Made by a program: the position numbers and the translations under genes. From a virus, in IMG/VR virus record IMGVR_UViG_3300022699_000217, positions 20,697-84,696 of that record: a DNA stretch of 64,000 bases; one strand, given 5' to 3'. A model generated the notes under the pieces. The model worked only from the letters and a program-made list of their open reading frames with translations. It was not told where the DNA came from and ran no database searches. Shown here one piece after another: positions 19,342 through 27,646 of the stretch; the first letter of the stretch is position 1; every line of letters begins with the position of its first letter.

Positions 19342-21828
19342 ATGGACAGGGAGAATTGGTTTTATAAGCAAATCGTAACTCAGGCCCGGATGGATGAGGC
19401 ATTCGATTGGGTCGAGGACGCGGATCAGGATTTCGCCGTGGATCAGAACATGAGCGGGCTCCTAACGGAAATCGACGGCGGCTCCTCCGAGTGGGATGCG
19501 CAGCCGACCACGCCCGCATCCATGTCCATCGAGATCCAAAACGGCCCGCACCGCGCCTACGACAAGCTCGGTCAGCGGATCTACTTTGCCAGCGCCGTCG
19601 AATCCATCGACTGCTCGGTTGACGAGTACGGAGTTTCCACGACGGTGACGGGCGCAGCCAACGAGCGCATCGTTTCTGTCTTCGCCCGGTTCAAGCGGAA
19701 CCTGACGGACCCGGAGGTTGATGGCAGCTCGGTCCTGGTCTACACGAGGGAGCTGGAGGATGCGGAGCTGTTCGTGCGGCAGGGCGCGGAGGCGGCGGCG
19801 GGCGCTGCGGTCGCACCGGCACTGCTCACAAATGCCCTGCTCGTGTGCGACATCACCCTGGCGTTCGGTCAAACTAGTATTCAGTTGGTGCATATCGACC
19901 AATCCAGGACGGAGTGGTTCGGCAGCATCACGGGGCTCTCCGTCTACGGCGACGTCATCGTGCCGAACGTCAAGGCGGGGATCGCCGCCCTGTGGAATGC
20001 GCTCGACGCAGTAGCGGGCGGCGGCGGCCCGTTCACCTTCACGAGCACGTGGTTCGGCGGAGCGGCAGTCGGGGGTGGTGCCCCGGCAACGTTCTCGCAG
20101 GCGTTGGATGCCATCGTCGACGATCTCGCGGCGGCGACGGGCTCCTCGCTCATCGGGACGCCGGATGTGACCACGACCTACGTGTCCTGGGCCAGCCAAT
20201 CGATAAGCGGGGCGCTGTCTGCGCTTGCGACCGCCGTGGACGGTCACATTGGCGGTGCGGCTCCGAATCACCCGGCTACGGCTATCACGTACAACGACGC
20301 GTCGTATTCCTGGGGTACGCCCTCCACGGTGCAGGAAGCCATCGATGACATCGAAGACAAGCTGAGCGATCAAGGCGCCGGCGTCGGTGTCGATCTCATC
20401 GGCGGGAAGGCGGTCTCCGCGACCAACGGGGGCGAGGACACGCTGGTCAATGACACCCTCGGCGCTCACATCGAGGAGATGATGGGCTGGATCAATGCGT
20501 CTCCGCGGATCAACCGGAGCGAGCTGATCCCGCGCGACCATGACAGCACGAAATTTTGGCAGCTCCCCTCATCGCTGGTCGGAAATGCGCGGCCCGGGCA
20601 CGGCGCGGGCACGCTGACGACCGAGATGTTTTACGGGCGAAGCGGCCCGACGGTCGGTCTGTCCAAGCAGCCGACCGGCATGATGAATTGGCATCCGGGG
20701 GTCACGGGCGTCAACTTCACGTTTGTCTGTCCTGGGTACTTGCCGCAGGAGAACAAGATGCTCCCGTTCTTCATCGGGAACAACTTCAATGGCGTGCTCT
20801 ATTTTGACCCCGAGGTATTTGTTGCGCAGACGCTGTTCTCCGGAACGTGGCCGACCATCACCGGGTTCGTACCCTACATGGTTCGCTGCGATGGCGAGAA
20901 GACGTACATCGCTTGTTATTCGACCGCCACGCAGGAGATTCGGTTGCTCCGCTTCGACACCGCGACCGAGGCGCTGGAGGAGAACAAGTATTTCGGCGCG
21001 ACGGTAAAGCGCGAGCCGTTTGTCTGGATGCGGAACAATATGATCCTGACGGAAGACGCCGTTTACCTGACCATTGAATCTCCCGCAGGGGCCTCGACGC
21101 CGATCTTGGGGGTCAAGAAGGATGACTTCGACATCTGGGCAATCGGTGGCGGCAACCTCCCGGCAGCGACAACTGGGTATACCGACGGCGGCTTGTGCGG
21201 CGTGTTCGGCACCTGCCGATACGCCTGGTGGAACGTGTCCGGGGGTGGCCTGGCAAACGATGGGTATATCTGCGAATGCCAGCTAGATTATAGCGGCGCA
21301 CCGGCGATTATCGCCGTTCCTGGGTCCATCCATGCTGCCCCCTACGACATCGGCGCTCACATCTCAGACATCAAGTTCGATGGGGTTTATACGTGGTATA
21401 TGAACTATGCGGACCGCTGGCTCAAGACTTGCTACGAGATCGAAACCGCCGCGTCCATCCTGTACATCCACCGCTGGGAGGGCACGTGGCTCAACGATTT
21501 CCTCCGCTCCACGGTGCACTATCAGTACTTGGGATTCGACGGGCAAAACCTCTACTGGGTCGGCCTCGAGGACGGGCAGGACCGCATCGTGATGTCGCAG
21601 ATTGATTGTCGGCGGACCATTTACGACGCGTCGGATCCGAGCCTTACGAACATGTCGCAGACGCCGATCTTCATCTCGGAGCCCGACTTCCCATCTCGGC
21701 CGTCTGGCCGGACCACGGTCGGGCGGATTGCTTGTGCGGGGGGCATCATCGGCATCCTAACGGATGACGATCCCAACGACGAGGTCTTTTTGCTGTACGA
21801 CGCCTCGGCGATCAACGCGAACATATAG
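19342..21828 (+). CDS. tail fibre / receptor-binding protein
   Basis: Follows the wedge genes; repeated fibre motifs (FSQALDAIVDDL, SISGALSALATAV, TVQEAIDDIEDKL); aromatic beta-rich C-terminus. Confidence 0.75.
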   Translation: MDRENWFYKQIVTQARMDEAFDWVEDADQDFAVDQNMSGLLTEIDGGSSEWDAQPTTPASMSIEIQNGPHRAYDKLGQRIYFASAVESIDCSVDEYGVSTTVTGAANERIVSVFARFKRNLTDPEVDGSSVLVYTRELEDAELFVRQGAEAAAGAAVAPALLTNALLVCDITLAFGQTSIQLVHIDQSRTEWFGSITGLSVYGDVIVPNVKAGIAALWNALDAVAGGGGPFTFTSTWFGGAAVGGGAPATFSQALDAIVDDLAAATGSSLIGTPDVTTTYVSWASQSISGALSALATAVDGHIGGAAPNHPATAITYNDASYSWGTPSTVQEAIDDIEDKLSDQGAGVGVDLIGGKAVSATNGGEDTLVNDTLGAHIEEMMGWINASPRINRSELIPRDHDSTKFWQLPSSLVGNARPGHGAGTLTTEMFYGRSGPTVGLSKQPTGMMNWHPGVTGVNFTFVCPGYLPQENKMLPFFIGNNFNGVLYFDPEVFVAQTLFSGTWPTITGFVPYMVRCDGEKTYIACYSTATQEIRLLRFDTATEALEENKYFGATVKREPFVWMRNNMILTEDAVYLTIESPAGASTPILGVKKDDFDIWAIGGGNLPAATTGYTDGGLCGVFGTCRYAWWNVSGGGLANDGYICECQLDYSGAPAIIAVPGSIHAAPYDIGAHISDIKFDGVYTWYMNYADRWLKTCYEIETAASILYIHRWEGTWLNDFLRSTVHYQYLGFDGQNLYWVGLEDGQDRIVMSQIDCRRTIYDASDPSLTNMSQTPIFISEPDFPSRPSGRTTVGRIACAGGIIGILTDDDPNDEVFLLYDASAINANI

Positions 21829-21836
21829 GAGACGCG

Positions 21837-22259
21837 ATGAACACGTTAAAACGAAAAGCAGGTGCGGCGCCGCAGATTGCGGTCACATCTTTTCCGCCCG
21901 GGGAAACCGTTGTCGAGGTGCCGTTGTATCCCCCGTTCGTAGACGGTGCGGATGTGGTCATCCTTGCGACCGCGCAGGGCGCGTTCGGCGTGCACGTCAG
22001 CGACGTGTCGGAGAGCGGGTTCAAGCTGCACCTTGCCGAGCCCCAGAAGGATGCGGTACGGGTCGCCTGGCAGGTCGCGGTTGCCAAGCCCCAGCTCCAG
22101 CCTCGCACCGGTGATGGCCTCCCCGTGCGGACGAAGCCGTCGAAGCCCCACCCGAAGCCCAGCGACATGGTAAGCGCAGCGGACTTGGCGAAGAAAATGT
22201 CGGATGCACGTAAGACCGCACAGGCCGTCCACGCGATTGCCGGATTCCGTGGAGTGTGA
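21837..22259 (+). CDS. hypothetical protein after the fibre (fibre chaperone or accessory?)
   Basis: SD GGAG; small beta domain plus basic tail. Confidence 0.6.
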   Translation: MNTLKRKAGAAPQIAVTSFPPGETVVEVPLYPPFVDGADVVILATAQGAFGVHVSDVSESGFKLHLAEPQKDAVRVAWQVAVAKPQLQPRTGDGLPVRTKPSKPHPKPSDMVSAADLAKKMSDARKTAQAVHAIAGFRGV

Positions 22260-22771
22260 CGGTGCAGTATAAGGGCAGGCTGATGGCGATACGGCGGTCA
22301 TACAAGGAGAGCTCGAGCAGTGACAGCGCCTGTGCGAATACCGAGTGCGCGCAGATGTTCGGGGTTATCGCGGAGGCGCTGGATGATCTGTCCGTTGAGG
22401 TGAAAGCATCCCGGTCAGACATAAGCGCGGTGAACGAGCGCATCGCGGCACAGGAGGCGAAGACGCATAACGCGTGGCACTCTATCTCCCGCGTGGAGGA
22501 GCGGCTAAACAATCTGCCGCGCGAGATCGCCGATTCCATCACGCGGCATGAGCAGTCGTGTCCGGGGCGAGACTATGCACGGCACAAGCTCACGGCCAGC
22601 TATCCAACCCCATCGGTGAACAAGCGGCAGGAGCGCCCGTCGGGAAAGCCGGGCACGCTGCACGATGATTCCGGGTTGTCCATCCCGAAATGGATCGCTT
22701 ATCTGGGCGCGATTCTCGGCGCGGCGGGGGCGGCGGCGGGATACTTGCTGCATTCCGTCGGTGTGTTTTAA
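22256..22771 (+). CDS. coiled-coil protein with C-terminal transmembrane helix (holin-like or membrane accessory)
   Basis: Heptad LDDLSVEVKASRSDISAVNERIAAQE; hydrophobic C-terminus WIAYLGAILGAAGAAAGYLL. Confidence 0.55.
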   Translation: MTVQYKGRLMAIRRSYKESSSSDSACANTECAQMFGVIAEALDDLSVEVKASRSDISAVNERIAAQEAKTHNAWHSISRVEERLNNLPREIADSITRHEQSCPGRDYARHKLTASYPTPSVNKRQERPSGKPGTLHDDSGLSIPKWIAYLGAILGAAGAAAGYLLHSVGVF

Positions 22772-23417
22772 CGCACTCACACACACATAAGCGCACACCG
22801 TTTACAGTGTAGTTTTTATAACCACACCAGCTCTCTTGTGCTCCCATATAATGATAGTCAATATGTTTACTATATAAGGGCGCTCCCTTTGGCAGTGTTT
22901 TTTGGAGAGCCCCGGACGATTTTTGCCCGAAAAAAACTAAAAAATAACTGCCTTACACGCTGTTTTTAGTGCACCCCAGCACAAAAAACCGAACAAAAAA
23001 CGCAATGATTCCAGCAAATTGACGAATGATTGATGATTTTACTTGCGCTACCCATCCCGAAGAGCTAAAAAGTAAGTGTTCCGAGGCTCTTTGAAAACAA
23101 AAACAACCGCAGGGCAGAGCAAGCCAAGCAAAGTAACGGATCTCCTGGGTATTAAAGGGAAAGCCAACGCACTATTTACCCAGCCCGCACCAAGCAAAGC
23201 CCAACCTGCCAGCGCCGGGCACAACCACCCCATAGTTGTTTTTGTGATCTTTGAAAATTTAACCAAGTAACAACGGATCAACGCGCTAGCTTTGGCGGGT
23301 GAAACCAAAGTAACGCGCACAAAAAACAGTTTATTTTTTCAACCTCGGGGCGAAACACGTTTGTTTCGCCTCGCATTGAGCAAATAAACAACCCAAAACA
23401 AACAAACGGAGAAAACA
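22772..23417. promoter_or_regulatory. AT-rich non-coding control region separating late and early modules
   Basis: About 650 bp with A-tracts, TATAAT at 22847-22852 and TTGACG at 23019; no credible ORF; sharp drop in GC. Confidence 0.65.
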
Positions 23418-23597
23418 ATGCGCGGAGTAAAAGTAGGTGACTGGGTCGAATTCAAGTATGACATCGAGCAATCCGCTAAAGTCGAGAAGATTGCAAACGG
23501 TCGTATCTATGTTCGTGCCTATGAAGGCGACTACGTTAACAACCAAACTGGCACAGTGATCTCGCTGCGTTTCGGCGAGTTCGAGGTCGTCGATTAG
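23418..23597 (+). CDS. small early protein, 59 aa (MRGVKVGDWVEFKYDIEQSAKVEKIANGRIYVRAYEG...), SH3-like
   Basis: Read directly from the sequence (below the ORF-track cut-off); SD CGGAGA; TAG overlaps the repeat that follows. Confidence 0.7.
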   Translation: MRGVKVGDWVEFKYDIEQSAKVEKIANGRIYVRAYEGDYVNNQTGTVISLRFGEFEVVD

Positions 23598-23650
23598 TTA
23601 TGATCGCATCGAGCGCAAGAAACGATCTTGCGCTTCATTGTGCTCATAAC
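23595..23650 (+). repeat. 56-bp direct repeat, copy 1 (long imperfect palindrome)
   Basis: TAGTTATGATCGCATCGAGCGCAAGAAACGATCTTGCGCTTCATTGTGCTCATAAC, identical to 23872-23927. Confidence 0.95.
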
Positions 23651-23682
23651 AAAAGAACCCAAAGCAAACGGAGAAAAAAACA

Positions 23683-23874
23683 ATGGAAAAAGCTATGAAA
23701 GAAATAATCGACCTGCTCGCTGATGTACAAGACCTGGACGCACAAACAATCGGGGAATATATCCAAGATATTTTCATGGATAATGAAATAACACGTATCG
23801 AAGTTGACAAGTTAGATAGCTCCACGTTCGCACTGTTCGATGGGGAAAAGCGCATCCACGTGACGGTCAAGTAG
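23683..23874 (+). CDS. small acidic early protein (63 aa)
   Basis: SD CGGAGA in an A/C-rich leader; lies between the two 56-bp repeats. Confidence 0.75.
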   Translation: MEKAMKEIIDLLADVQDLDAQTIGEYIQDIFMDNEITRIEVDKLDSSTFALFDGEKRIHVTVK

Positions 23875-23927
23875 TTATGATCGCATCGAGCGCAAGAAAC
23901 GATCTTGCGCTTCATTGTGCTCATAAC
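23872..23927 (+). repeat. 56-bp direct repeat, copy 2
   Basis: Identical to 23595-23650; again begins at the TAG stop of the preceding gene. Confidence 0.95.
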
Positions 23928-23968
23928 GCACACAACCCAAACCGCCCTTAAGGGCAAGGAGAATCATC

Positions 23969-24541
23969 ATGGCAACCGCGAAAAACACCAAAAAAGCCGC
24001 TTCCAAAAACACCGCCAAGTCCGCCTCCGAGACCGCTGCCAAAGTCGCATCGGAAGCCACTCGCGTCGAGGTGACGAAGCCCGCCAACGAGAAGCCCATC
24101 GCCGAGTGCCCCTACGCTGAGAAGCTGGTCGAATCGGGCGCTACTCTGGCCGGACCGTTCAAGGGCGGCATCCAGCCCATCGAGCGCATCGCCGAGGCGG
24201 AGACCACCGTCGGCACGATCCAGATTGTCGTCAAGCTGTACGCCGCCGAGTGGGACGGTTCCATCATCGAGTACAAAGACCGCAAGGACGCCATCGCTGC
24301 CATGCGTGAGAACCGCAGGCGGGCGCGGGCTGCTCGGGGCGGCGGCAAGGACCGCAGGCTCCACAGGCAACTAGAGCGCATCGTAGATAAGCTCTCCACG
24401 CTCCAGGGCGCGGACGAGATTGACGGAGATGCGGAGTACTCGGCCGAGTGGATCGCCGCAAAGACAGCGCTCAATGCCATCATGGGTCAAATCGAGGCGC
24501 GTGTTCCTAGCGTTATCCAGGACAAGGGACCGAGCAAGTAG
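23969..24541 (+). CDS. hypothetical early protein with Lys/Ala-rich N-terminus
   Basis: SD AAGGAG; ATAKNTKKAASKNTAKS histone-like tail. Confidence 0.8.
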   Translation: MATAKNTKKAASKNTAKSASETAAKVASEATRVEVTKPANEKPIAECPYAEKLVESGATLAGPFKGGIQPIERIAEAETTVGTIQIVVKLYAAEWDGSIIEYKDRKDAIAAMRENRRRARAARGGGKDRRLHRQLERIVDKLSTLQGADEIDGDAEYSAEWIAAKTALNAIMGQIEARVPSVIQDKGPSK

Positions 24542-24635
24542 TAAGGAGGGCCGCGCTTGCGGCCTCACCGGGGTCGGCGATTTTCGAGTCGCCCGCTCCG
24601 GTGAGGGCACAAGAAACCAAACCAAGGAGGACGCC

Positions 24636-25007
24636 ATGACAGAGTTTACCGGGTTCACGCACAACCAACCCCGCGGGTTCGTCCGAGAAGAGAACACGGT
24701 CGCCACGCTGAAAGGCGGGCGTCGCGTAAAAGTAAAGATCTATCACGCCCTATTCGGCACCGAGCGCAAGATCTGCCGCACTCAGGTGGAGGCCAATGAC
24801 TGGCTCGACTCGAGGCGCGTCTCCTGGCGAGATCGGGACGGCAAGCTTAACGCCCGCAAGGGCGTCCTCGCTGCGTGCAATGTCGCGAGCAACCGCCTCG
24901 CCGCAGCGATGACCGAGGGCAGCCACGCTCTAACGGCAGAGCAGATCAAAAAAATTCAAGCTGCCATGGAAGCGCTATCCGATGCAGCCGACGCCGTCCG
25001 CCAGTAG
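24636..25007 (+). CDS. hypothetical early protein
   Basis: ATG at 24636 after AAGGAGG and hairpin 24563-24606. Confidence 0.75.
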   Translation: MTEFTGFTHNQPRGFVREENTVATLKGGRRVKVKIYHALFGTERKICRTQVEANDWLDSRRVSWRDRDGKLNARKGVLAACNVASNRLAAAMTEGSHALTAEQIKKIQAAMEALSDAADAVRQ

Positions 25008-25083
25008 GGTTGGGGGCTTGTGCCCCGCTGAGCTACCGATGACTCGGTGGTTGAGCGGAACACAAACCCAAAAGGAGAATCCC

Positions 25084-25296
25084 ATGGAAAAAACAAGACT
25101 ACAAAAGAAGCTAGATCGTCGTCGGCAGGGGCTTGGATCCCGCGCTTGTGGCATCGGAGAGATTCGGCCGGACGGCACCGCCGACCTCGCAACGCGGCTC
25201 GGGGTGTGCGTGTCATGCGGCGAGCCGCTGCTCGGCGATGCTGGCGACAACTGCGAGGACGTTGCCGCCCACGCTGGCGAGTGGGGGATTGTATGA
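25084..25296 (+). CDS. small hypothetical protein with CxxC
   Basis: ATG at 25084 after AAGGAG and hairpin 25025-25058. Confidence 0.6.
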   Translation: MEKTRLQKKLDRRRQGLGSRACGIGEIRPDGTADLATRLGVCVSCGEPLLGDAGDNCEDVAAHAGEWGIV

Positions 25297-25406
25297 CGGA
25301 GTTTGAGTATGTCGTGGTTCACTTAGATCGAGACGAGTTTTTGCCAACCCAAACCGCCCTGGAGATACTCGAGGGCTTCGAGGAGAACCCCTATGACGAG
25401 CGATAA
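25293..25406 (+). CDS. very small acidic protein (MTEFEYVVVHLDRDEF...)
   Basis: ATGA overlap with the previous gene; overlaps the next start. Confidence 0.4.
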   Translation: MTEFEYVVVHLDRDEFLPTQTALEILEGFEENPYDER

Positions 25407-26322
25407 CATCCTATCCGCACTAACAGCTCCCAAGGAGGGCACCCATCTTGGCGACCTATGCGGCTGGTCCTTGCACGGTACGTTCGACCGGGAGACAGTC
25501 GAGCAGGCCACCGAGCAGCTCGGCCTCGAAAACGACTTTCAGTTGCCGCGCCTGACAGCGGTCAACGCCTATCGCCGCGCAGCCGTAGAGGCGTGTAAGG
25601 ACGCCGCGCGCCAAGACCAGCGTGGATGGTCCGCGGAGCTTGTGCAGAACGACGAGGACTACATCGTCCACGAGCTGGTAAGGAAGCAAATAAAGAGCGG
25701 CGGTAACTCGGCGTTGACAGACAAGACAACGGAATTCGCGTCAGAGACGAGAATCCGCTTTGACAAGATCGGATACCGCGCTGGGCGGTCCCCGGAAACG
25801 CTCGTGGAGCTCGAGCACCCAAGCCACCCGATGGCAGCTCGTGCCGCTCAGTTGTTCGTCGAGTATCTCACGAAGTTCCGCGCGAACGACATTCGCTCCG
25901 GCTTCCAGCGGGCGTTTGAGACGTGGGACGGAATGCGCGTCCTCGAGCACGGTGGCTTATGGGTCATCCCATCGCCCCACGCGGAAAAGGTTCGCGCGTG
26001 GAAGGAGTGGCTGCATCGGCTTGGATGCAGTAGCATTATCATTCCGGTCTTCGACACCGAGGAGACCATCGCGTCCATGCGGGCGATGGCCGAGGATAAC
26101 TTGGAGGGCCAGCTTGCGCGCATCTTGGGCGAGCTGGAGTCCTTCAGCACGAAGGAGAACACGCGAGTCAGCACGCTGGAATCGCGCCTCGAATCCTTTG
26201 ATACGCTCCGCTCGAAAACGGAGATGTATGAAAGGTTACTCGGGATGAAGATGGAAGCGCTCAAAACCCGCCTGAGCACGGCCGCTTCGTCCCTAAAGTC
26301 GTCACTCGCCAGTCTTGGTTAG
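25393..26322 (+). CDS. uncharacterised protein preceding the MoxR ATPase (DUF3150/DUF6744-like partner)
   Basis: SD GAGGAG; helical C-terminus; family inferred mainly from context next to AAA+ and VWA. Confidence 0.6.
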   Translation: MTSDNILSALTAPKEGTHLGDLCGWSLHGTFDRETVEQATEQLGLENDFQLPRLTAVNAYRRAAVEACKDAARQDQRGWSAELVQNDEDYIVHELVRKQIKSGGNSALTDKTTEFASETRIRFDKIGYRAGRSPETLVELEHPSHPMAARAAQLFVEYLTKFRANDIRSGFQRAFETWDGMRVLEHGGLWVIPSPHAEKVRAWKEWLHRLGCSSIIIPVFDTEETIASMRAMAEDNLEGQLARILGELESFSTKENTRVSTLESRLESFDTLRSKTEMYERLLGMKMEALKTRLSTAASSLKSSLASLG

Positions 26323-26428
26323 TGTCGACCCTTCCCCCGCGTCCGTTCGCGGGCGCTCCTGAGTGGCTCACGCGTGGGCCGTTCAGGTGTTCTCGCGAAC
26401 AAACAAACCCACAACATAGGAGAACGGC

Positions 26429-27637
26429 ATGAACAAGTCACAACTGAAGGCCCTGGATGATTTTATAAACAGAGATGAGATCACCGCGTTGGAAAACGCG
26501 CGGAAGCGCTTGGCTGCTGGGCGCGCCTCTTTGGAAGCCCGGTTCTTGGAGCGAGAGAAGGAGATCCGAGGGCTGCTCGTATCGGCCTTGTCCGGCACCC
26601 ACCCGCTGCTCCTTGGCCCCCCGGGGACCGGCAAGTCGGCGCTCGTCAACGCCTTCGCCGAGCTGCTCGGCGCTGGCACGTTCTCGCTCCTGCTAACCAA
26701 GTACACCACCCCCGAGGAGGTGTTCGGCCCTGTGGACATCCAGGCGATGAAGAATGGGAGCTATCGTCGTCGCGTTAACGGGCGTGCCTGGGATAGCGAG
26801 GTCGTGTTCATGGACGAGATCTTCAAGGCGTCCAGCTCGATTCTCAACTCGCTGCTCACGCTCATGCAGGAGCGTGTCGCCGACAACGATGGCCGCGTGT
26901 CCGTGCCGCTTGAGGTGCTGGTCGGGGCGTCCAACGAGTACCCGGCGGACAGCTCGCTCGATGCGTTGTTCGACCGCTTCTCGTGCAAGTATTGGGTCGA
27001 CTACATCGGGCAGGCCCAAAACATGCGGTCGCTCCTGCTTGCCGGCGGCGCGGGGAGCACGACCGTGACGTTGGAGCCCAACGATCTTGCCGCGCTCCGG
27101 GATGCCGTCAACGCCGTGCCGTTCGGGCCGCGTGAGGCCGAGCTGCTCCTGGGCGTGAAAGCTGCCGTCGAGGACGCCGGGTTCTATCCGAGTGATCGAA
27201 CCTGGGTCAAATCGATTGCGCTGCTACGTGCAAGCGCCGTGCTCGAGGGGCGCGACACCATCGCAACCAACGACTTCCGCATGCTCGCGGATGTGCTTTG
27301 GAATAAGCACGATGATCGCCCCAAGCTGATGGAGGTCATCGGGAACGCGGCCGACCCCTACGGTAGCCGCGCGGAAGCCATTATCGACGGCATCAAGCTT
27401 GCTCTTCGCGAGATGCCGGACTTTCAAATCGTCGAGTCTGGGCAGATGACCAAGGTCAAAGCTCAGGAGGTGCTCGTCGGCGTCAACAAGAAGCTGATGA
27501 AGGAAGTGGATAAGCTGACCCGGCTCGAGAATGAAGCCGCAGATCATCCGGACGTGCAAGCGCTCCGCGAGAAGGCGAAAGCCGCGATGAAAACATTCGA
27601 CGAGTTCAACGACAAGCTGCTTTGGTTCAGAGGGTAG
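26429..27637 (+). CDS. MoxR/RavA-family AAA+ ATPase
   Basis: Walker A GPPGTGKS, LLTKYTTPEEVFGP, Walker B VVFMDEIFKASSSILNSLL, GASNE, ALFDRF. Confidence 0.93.
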   Translation: MNKSQLKALDDFINRDEITALENARKRLAAGRASLEARFLEREKEIRGLLVSALSGTHPLLLGPPGTGKSALVNAFAELLGAGTFSLLLTKYTTPEEVFGPVDIQAMKNGSYRRRVNGRAWDSEVVFMDEIFKASSSILNSLLTLMQERVADNDGRVSVPLEVLVGASNEYPADSSLDALFDRFSCKYWVDYIGQAQNMRSLLLAGGAGSTTVTLEPNDLAALRDAVNAVPFGPREAELLLGVKAAVEDAGFYPSDRTWVKSIALLRASAVLEGRDTIATNDFRMLADVLWNKHDDRPKLMEVIGNAADPYGSRAEAIIDGIKLALREMPDFQIVESGQMTKVKAQEVLVGVNKKLMKEVDKLTRLENEAADHPDVQALREKAKAAMKTFDEFNDKLLWFRG

Positions 27638-27646
27638 GAGGAAACG

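Noticed and set aside
19342-21828. Diversity-generating retroelement targeting the fibre
   Set aside because: No reverse transcriptase and no template/variable repeat pair seen in the window.
419-22771. Tail cluster as a stand-alone eCIS/tailocin
   Set aside because: It is embedded with phage replication, recombination, lysis and TerS-like genes, has a full tape measure, and has no Afp15-type ATPase within the tail operon.
22772-23417. Prophage attachment site, or ORFs in the AT-rich gap
   Set aside because: No integrase, tRNA end or host genes; the small ORFs listed there lack SDs and have atypical composition.
23595-23927. 56-bp repeats as integron attC sites
   Set aside because: The ends read GTTATGA...TCATAAC, the reverse of the RYYYAAC...GTTRRRY attC arrangement, and no integron integrase is present.
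23595-23927. 56-bp repeats as a CRISPR array
   Set aside because: Only two copies, too long, separated by 221 bp containing a gene with an SD; no cas genes.
24570-24610. TTCGAGTC as a tRNA T-loop
   Set aside because: It is part of an intergenic hairpin; no cloverleaf, D-arm or CCA.
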